Positions 8,056-14,236 of a stretch of 64,000 nt of DNA are shown here, piece after piece. How positions within the stretch are numbered: position 1 is the first letter of the stretch; every line of letters starts with the position of its first letter. The DNA lies in IMG/VR virus record IMGVR_UViG_3300045971_000344, positions 124,001-188,000 of that record. One strand, written 5' to 3'. The translations under genes were made by a program, and so were the position numbers. The notes beneath the pieces were generated by a model. The model had not been told where the DNA came from. It was given only the letters and a program-made list of their open reading frames with translations, and searched no databases.

Positions 8056-10298
8056 AAGCCAAGTTCCTTTACATACTTAGAGAGGTCTTGCTTTGCCTTG
8101 AATTTAGTTCTTTCCTCTACGGCTGGTCCGTGTGATCCATTAATTCTCTCAACTAAATAAGCATGATGTAGTACGTATTGAATATTTGGATTAGTCAATC
8201 CAATTTCTTGTGTCTGAAATTGCTTAGTAAATGTCCAAGAGCAATCTTCATCTGTATCAGTTTCCCCAGATACCTTAGATAGTGCCTTTCCACTTATAAG
8301 AATATCACCATGAAAAATTATGCCAATATCAGCTTTACGTCCAAAAGATTCTCCTACGTACTGCAAACTCTTATCTATATTAGGAGCTATATAAAGAACA
8401 TCTCCCATAGAGCGACCTGTCTTTTTTGTGCCTCGAAGTTTGAATCCTGACAATAATATAGCCCCTGCGGCTGATACTGCGGTCCCATGAAAACCGTCTT
8501 TAATGACTTTAACTTCAGGGTTTTTTAAGTTATTTCGTAAATAGTTTTCTATTTTTTCAGATCGCTTTATTGTCCATAGTTTCTTTACCTTAAAAGATAC
8601 CCCATGAACGTTCGCCATGAAGGCTTCTAACTTCTGTTCCACTTCATGCGTGTCCTCAACAGCTTGTTCTACCTTTACTTGTTCTTCTCTCTTTATAGTA
8701 AAATACTTTTCAAAGATCTCATCTTCGTTACGCTTTCTGACATTCCACTTCTTAACAATACTTAAAGAGATCCTAGGAATCTCTTCATCAGGTAATGCCA
8801 TTTTAAGATGCTTTTCTTTTACTTCCCCAAAGGGAGAATCATAGGTTAATCTAAATTTTGTTGCCAGTAACGCAGACAATACCGTCTGTTTTACAATCAA
8901 AGAATCCTTTAGGCCACTAAAAGTATATTTAAATAAGTCGTCTATATCTAAGGTCTTAAGGAGCTTTATAACAAGAACATCGTCTAGTCGGACAAATTGG
9001 TCTTCGGTTAGGACTAATTTCTTTAAGTACGCTTGTAGTGATGACCCTGACATACTTGTTATAGCCGTAACTGGGTCGGACTGTTCAACAACCTCCGAAC
9101 TATCTTTATCTATTGCCTTATAGATACTTTTTATTCTAGTTATATCTGTAGTTGATAAATAAGGTATCATCCAAGACTTGGGAGAAAATAGCTTGAAATC
9201 AATTTGCTTTTTATACTGTAGCGCGCGCTCTATGGCTTGTTCAAAAGGATTTGACTTTATTCCATAACTTTTTGCATAGTCATCCGCATTTATTCTAAGG
9301 CTAGGTATTTTCTTAATTGACCTAGCGGAGGTTACAAACCAAGACATAGTCTTATCAAACATAAGGGCGCAGAATATCGCAAGGTCTTTATCTCCGCCCA
9401 CATCTGAAGAAAACTCTGAAAAATGTAAGATAGGGTACAAATAAAATTCGGCCTTTAGCGTGCTATCTAAATTGCTTTTTATCCTTTCATCATAAACTCT
9501 ACTTTGACCATATTTTTTCTTACTCTCGTTAAGCCTATTCTCATAATCCTTGGTTTCTAAAAAAGCCTTTCTTTTATCTAGTAAATATTTGTTCATAAAT
9601 TTTATTATTACATCTTTTACTAAAGTCTTATCTAATTTGTTTGCCTTAAGAGCGACCAAGTCTAAGTCTTTTAGACCCATTGTCTTGGACGAACCTACAT
9701 TTAACTTTACTCCCCTGACTTCTATGTCTTCTTTACTGTCCACATGAAATTTTCTAAAAATAGGAACAACAACCTTTGTCTTTAACTTAGCCTTTGGACC
9801 AAGCATTAAGTATGCAGTAACATCGTGCTTAACATCTTCGGGGGCTTTCAAGAAGGCTTTTGTAAGCTCAGGGAAAAACTTAATAAGGTATTCTGAAATG
9901 CTATAGATACAAAAAATTAAGAAATTAGTGTTCTCATTTATAACCTTAGGATTTACACCCAGGTCTTTTAGACTTTGCTTTACAAGCACGTGGTTATCTT
10001 TAAACGTGTTCTCTATTAAAGAAACTCCGTCACCCTTCTTAAAACTCTTTTTACCTATGATAGAAAGTAATCGCGACCCTGCAAACTTGGTTTCATTCTT
10101 TCGAACCATGGGATGCCCGTTTAGAATAGGCACAAATTTCTTTCCGTCAAGATCAATATATAAGCTCTTTAGATAGCTATGAACCAAAACAACAGGAATA
10201 GAGTGTCCAATCAATCTTTCATTTTTCCAATACTCAATACCTTTTATTTGGTCAAATTGATTGATCTTAGCAGCCAGTGTGTATTTTCTATTAAGCAT
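8052..10298 (-). CDS. Large protein with C-terminal PARP-like (H-Y-E) catalytic domain
   Basis: GFHGT...AILLSGFKL...GRSMGDVLYIAPNIDKSLQY...QEIGL resembles the PARP signature HG[ST]..I...G....G.M.G.G.Y.A....KS..Y...E. Confidence 0.7.
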   Translation of the reverse strand: MLNRKYTLAAKINQFDQIKGIEYWKNERLIGHSIPVVLVHSYLKSLYIDLDGKKFVPILNGHPMVRKNETKFAGSRLLSIIGKKSFKKGDGVSLIENTFKDNHVLVKQSLKDLGVNPKVINENTNFLIFCIYSISEYLIKFFPELTKAFLKAPEDVKHDVTAYLMLGPKAKLKTKVVVPIFRKFHVDSKEDIEVRGVKLNVGSSKTMGLKDLDLVALKANKLDKTLVKDVIIKFMNKYLLDKRKAFLETKDYENRLNESKKKYGQSRVYDERIKSNLDSTLKAEFYLYPILHFSEFSSDVGGDKDLAIFCALMFDKTMSWFVTSARSIKKIPSLRINADDYAKSYGIKSNPFEQAIERALQYKKQIDFKLFSPKSWMIPYLSTTDITRIKSIYKAIDKDSSEVVEQSDPVTAITSMSGSSLQAYLKKLVLTEDQFVRLDDVLVIKLLKTLDIDDLFKYTFSGLKDSLIVKQTVLSALLATKFRLTYDSPFGEVKEKHLKMALPDEEIPRISLSIVKKWNVRKRNEDEIFEKYFTIKREEQVKVEQAVEDTHEVEQKLEAFMANVHGVSFKVKKLWTIKRSEKIENYLRNNLKNPEVKVIKDGFHGTAVSAAGAILLSGFKLRGTKKTGRSMGDVLYIAPNIDKSLQYVGESFGRKADIGIIFHGDILISGKALSKVSGETDTDEDCSWTFTKQFQTQEIGLTNPNIQYVLHHAYLVERINGSHGPAVEERTKFKAKQDLSKYVKELGL

Positions 10299-10316
10299 AA
10301 ACCTTACTCCTTAACA

Positions 10317-10888
10317 CTATCTAAGTTCTTTTTTAGGATCCAATTTGTCTACAGCTATAACCTTTAGTATTTTTGGATCATAGACAATGCAGTGCATATC
10401 TCCCGAATAATCTTCAATAACTAAGGAATCATATCCTAAAGATAAAATAAGCTTTAACCATTCTTTTGCTTCAGTGTTCTTAAATAGATTTTCCCAGACG
10501 TAGCTAAATGCCCAAGCAAGTTCACCCGACCCCATAAGATTTTCTGTGTAAGAAACTCTGGTATGATTAATCGACTTTAGCCTACGGTCTAAATTTGGAA
10601 CTGCATCTAGTAGGAGATCTACAACTTTTTTGGAAACATCTCCAGAGATTTGTTTCTTAGAAGAAATCTTAACAGAGATAACTATCCCCACCTTATTGGA
10701 ATAGTGATTAACCGCATAGGACTTTGCACCATCTAAAGCATCAGTAAAATAAAGTCCAGGTCCATGTTCCATCCAATTTTTTCATCTAGAGAGTAACTAA
10801 TATCAAATTTATCTGAGGTAGTCATTCTACCCTGATACCATATTTTTGTTGCGGAGCTACTAATACTCGAAAGTACAACCTTTCTCAT
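10317..10888 (-). pseudogene. ART-like gene (polyvalent-protein type) split by a 1-nt frameshift in an A6 run
   Basis: ATG at 10888 after SD GAGG gives MRKVVLSS...IWYQGR...KFDISYSLDEK. One extra A at 10777-10782 joins it to NWMEHGPGLYFT...AKSYA...LGYDSLVI...IVYDP (track ORF 10317..10772). Confidence 0.7.
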
Positions 10889-10904
10889 ACTAACCTCGTC
10901 TAAT

Positions 10905-12038
10905 TTAATTGTATGCGCTTTTGCCTGTCTTTGCCCAACAAGCTAGTATAGCCCTATCCATTCGTTTCCACCATTGTCTATCTTTTAGATCTGATCCCGC
11001 GGATACTTGTTTTTGGGCACAGTGAGTGATAAGCATCTGTAAACAATTTTTATTAGCCGATTTCCAGAGCTCTGGAGGAGTATTCTTTACTACAAGACCA
11101 GGTATCTTACTAATAGGTATAGATTGATTCTCAGCCGAGACCAACCACTGCAACAGAGCTTTATCATACTCATATTCTTCGTTATCATAACGCTGGTCAA
11201 CTGTTCCAAGAGCTCTAACAAAGTCAATCATATCCGAGATAGGTAAACGCTTATCAGTATTTTTATACGTCTTATTATAGCATTCACCTATTACGGTGAA
11301 CGCATCTTTTGTTAAGAATACAGCCTGTATAGGTTCAGATGGATGGATTATACCCTTTCCTGTCTTATCTGCAAAACCCGTATAGCCACATTTACGGAGC
11401 AACCAGTTCCATTTAACCGCGCCATTCGTATGTATGCTCTCATCAAATAGTGTAAGCTCCCCCGCTAACAGTCTACTAAGATTCCAAAAACTACTACATG
11501 GATTTTTAATCCTAGCGGTAGTAATTGCCTCAAAAAATAGATATTTCCATTTTGCATTAACATTTTTAGTAAAGATAGTTTTCCAATCACGTATGGCTTT
11601 AGGTGAAGCGCCCCTAAATTTTTCAAGTTGTTTTGCTTTTTCTTTTACCCAATGACCCATGTATATTTGTTCAAGTATTACGGCATCCTTATCAAACTTA
11701 TCTGAACCATAGTCGGTGTGCATGTCTTCAATGAAGGTCTTACCGGTCTTTGCACGGACAACCCAGATATGAGGTGCGTTACCCGCAAAGGGTATTCCTT
11801 CTAAACTTTGATCTCGTCCTATGTTATATTCAAACCAAGCAGTTTTTAACGGATAAGTATAGATACCGATAGGGGTATTGTATTTTGATTGAGGATTTAT
11901 TCCTACTTTATCAATGTGGGTAAAACTAATATAGACATCCGGGTCATCTTTCCACTTCTTAAGGTAGTCATAAGCACTAACCTTTGGATTTAGCTTAGAG
12001 TTTGACCGCGTAGCCAAGACCACTTCTTTAACTTTCAT
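10905..12038 (-). CDS. Paralog family A member (divergent ART-like core)
   Basis: Same motifs as 2857..4089. Leader MKVKEVVLAT. Confidence 0.6.
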   Translation of the reverse strand: MKVKEVVLATRSNSKLNPKVSAYDYLKKWKDDPDVYISFTHIDKVGINPQSKYNTPIGIYTYPLKTAWFEYNIGRDQSLEGIPFAGNAPHIWVVRAKTGKTFIEDMHTDYGSDKFDKDAVILEQIYMGHWVKEKAKQLEKFRGASPKAIRDWKTIFTKNVNAKWKYLFFEAITTARIKNPCSSFWNLSRLLAGELTLFDESIHTNGAVKWNWLLRKCGYTGFADKTGKGIIHPSEPIQAVFLTKDAFTVIGECYNKTYKNTDKRLPISDMIDFVRALGTVDQRYDNEEYEYDKALLQWLVSAENQSIPISKIPGLVVKNTPPELWKSANKNCLQMLITHCAQKQVSAGSDLKDRQWWKRMDRAILACWAKTGKSAYN

Positions 12039-12040
12039 TT

Positions 12041-12466
12041 TTACTCTCCAAAAGTCTCTGCCCAGTCACCTTCAATATCAGAATCGTAGTAATCTATATC
12101 TGAAATATCAAATTTTGATAACCAAGCGTTACTTCGTAAGTATTCTGCTACCTTTGGGTTGTGATGCCATTTCCCTCTTTTAGTAACATCCGTTACAGAC
12201 AATACTAGTTCTCTGCTACCTGCAAAGTAAAGAACTAATCCTACTGCATCTTTTAACTTAAAATGTTCCCAGACGCGATAATGAAGAAGAGACTCAGGGA
12301 AAACATAGACTGTATTTTTGTCTACGACCATTGCTCTACAAACCCTAGATCTATCACAACATTCTTTAACCTCTTTTTTATCTGGGTTTACAAAAACGTC
12401 TTTATAGTCATTGCTAAATCTAGTAGACACTTGGTCAACGAACTTTGCCAGTACGACCTTTCTCAT
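12041..12466 (-). CDS. Hypothetical leader-family protein
   Basis: Starts MRKVVLAK; SD GAGG. Confidence 0.65.
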   Translation of the reverse strand: MRKVVLAKFVDQVSTRFSNDYKDVFVNPDKKEVKECCDRSRVCRAMVVDKNTVYVFPESLLHYRVWEHFKLKDAVGLVLYFAGSRELVLSVTDVTKRGKWHHNPKVAEYLRSNAWLSKFDISDIDYYDSDIEGDWAETFGE

Positions 12467-12475
12467 AAATAACCT

Positions 12476-12541
12476 CTAGCTTTTTGGCTTCTTAGGCTGC
12501 TTTGGTTTCTTTACTTCTTTACGAATATCTTTATTTCCCAT
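12476..12541 (-). CDS. 21-aa highly basic peptide (not in ORF track)
   Basis: MGNKDIRKEVKKPKQPKKPKS; SD AAGAGG upstream; fills the intergenic gap. Confidence 0.5.
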   Translation of the reverse strand: MGNKDIRKEVKKPKQPKKPKS

Positions 12542-12564
12542 GATGGTTTCCTCTTTTATTTATA

Positions 12565-12849
12565 TTAGGTTTGACTAAACCAGTCTTTAGTTATAAAAAG
12601 ATTTATCCTGCTCCTCATTCCTTTTTCAATATCTTTTTTATAGTTCTCATAAACCTCAGGATATTTTTCTTCGTAGCCACTTTGAGCATACATCTTTTCT
12701 ATTTCATTTGGATTCTTTATTGCTTTTGCTTTAAATAAATCAGTTATCTTAACATGGCGCCCTTGAGTTAGGGCCAAATATTTAGCACCTAAATCTACTT
12801 GGCTAGAAGTCAATCCAGATTTATCTTTTGCTATAACGACTTTTCTCAT
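12565..12849 (-). CDS. Hypothetical leader-family protein
   Basis: True start MRKVVIAK at 12849, ATGA overlap with the upstream stop. Confidence 0.6.
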   Translation of the reverse strand: MRKVVIAKDKSGLTSSQVDLGAKYLALTQGRHVKITDLFKAKAIKNPNEIEKMYAQSGYEEKYPEVYENYKKDIEKGMRSRINLFITKDWFSQT

Positions 12850-13217
12850 TTCCAAGCCTCTCTTGTATCAGGGTCACGGTTATTAAAGTTCTGACTGTTT
12901 ATATCAAACCACTCATCTTTAGTGATCTTATACCGTTCATGTATCTTTAGGTTTATAATCAGGTACCACCCGTATTCGTACGCCAATTTTTCCCTAGCGT
13001 TTCGACTCAAACTAGTGTTTTGTTTGTGCTCACAATAGGACATCCAATGTCCGAGCTCATGGGAAAGAATAATCATTTTCTTTCGCGTTGTCTGAACACT
13101 GTCTAAATAAATAGTCTTTGACTGATAATCACAGCGGCCTAGAACAGATAGCGGCTTTTGCTCTATTTGTATTCCGAGGCCGTGTGCTATATGGATTAAT
13201 TCCTCTAGTCCATTCAT
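12846..13217 (-). CDS. ImmA/IrrE-like HExxH metallopeptidase
   Basis: LGIQIE...GRC...IYLD...ILSHELGHW...REKLAYEYG. Likely start MNGLEE after AAAGGA. Confidence 0.7.
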   Translation of the reverse strand: MNGLEELIHIAHGLGIQIEQKPLSVLGRCDYQSKTIYLDSVQTTRKKMIILSHELGHWMSYCEHKQNTSLSRNAREKLAYEYGWYLIINLKIHERYKITKDEWFDINSQNFNNRDPDTREAWK

Positions 13218-13231
13218 GGTAAATCCTTTGG

Positions 13232-14236
13232 TCAACAATTAAGTTCAGCTTCTTTAAAGACCTTTTCAAGTTTGTTCGCAAAGTCAACATACTTCTTTCT
13301 ATACACTTTAGCACTAGGATTGGCCTTAGTGGTCTTAACGTCCTTTACATCTGGTGCTATTGCTTTCTGTAACTTGGTTATAAACGCCAAAGCTAAGTCA
13401 TAAAATTCTTTATACTCAGCATTACTCAGCTCTTTTTCTATTTTTGATCTTTGGGCATCAATTTTCTTTTGTGCTTTCTTAACAAATACATAGTAATAGT
13501 CGCGTATAAATTCCCCGTTATCAGCCGTTTCTTCTTCACCTAGATAGTTACGCTCGTCTATCTCAAATTTCAGATCATACTTATGGAGCGCGCAAACCAT
13601 ATCCTTTAGGTTATACCGTGCTACCTTTTGTATCTGTTCTTCAGATAGGGGCTCATCATGAGTATTCGCAGTAATAACGTCTGTCTTTTTACTAAAAGCT
13701 CCATCATTACCTGTAGCGGACTTTATTTGTTTTGGATCAAAGACATGAAAATTCAAGGCGTTCATATCAAATTTATTTTGGGTTATTATACCATCAAAAC
13801 CCAATGCCTTTAGTTCTTTATGGAAGGGCTCAATATAACCCCAATGCCCTTCTCTAATTCCGCTTAAAGTGTCTTCGTTATTGAACTTACCTAGTTTGGA
13901 CGATAATTTTTGGACGTGCTTTTCGATTCTAAAATCAAAAGGTTTTTGTATACTTAGATAGACTGGCAGTACGCTCCCGTTTGCCCGGTCAGCAAAGCCA
14001 TTGGCTAAGGAAGGCGTAGATGTAAAGGAAAACAATCCTCGGTTACGCGTGTCCCTAAACGTTCCGAAGTCCGCGGCTGTACCATGATACATAACAAGCG
14101 GGGACCCATGTTTGTCAACTGCTTTGGAGCGACCAAACCAAATCCAGAAGTTATCCACGCCTTTAGGGTCAGCGTTAATAGCGTTACCTTTGGAATTCAT
14201 GTTCGTCTTAAAACTCGCGATAACTACATGTCTCAT
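13232..14236 (-). CDS. ADP-ribosyltransferase-like protein of the polyvalent-protein type plus helical C-terminal domain
   Basis: FWIWFGRSKAVD..G.PLVMYHGT..F..F...LFSFTS...A..FA...PVYLSIQKPFD...GFDGII...VFDPKQIKSATGNDGAFS. Leader MRHVVIAS. Confidence 0.75.
   Translation of the reverse strand: MRHVVIASFKTNMNSKGNAINADPKGVDNFWIWFGRSKAVDKHGSPLVMYHGTAADFGTFRDTRNRGLFSFTSTPSLANGFADRANGSVLPVYLSIQKPFDFRIEKHVQKLSSKLGKFNNEDTLSGIREGHWGYIEPFHKELKALGFDGIITQNKFDMNALNFHVFDPKQIKSATGNDGAFSKKTDVITANTHDEPLSEEQIQKVARYNLKDMVCALHKYDLKFEIDERNYLGEEETADNGEFIRDYYYVFVKKAQKKIDAQRSKIEKELSNAEYKEFYDLALAFITKLQKAIAPDVKDVKTTKANPSAKVYRKKYVDFANKLEKVFKEAELNC

Noticed and set aside
1262-14236. MRKxxxA leaders read as Sec or lipoprotein signal peptides
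   Set aside because: The hydrophobic stretch is only 3-4 residues, with no lipobox and no h-region.
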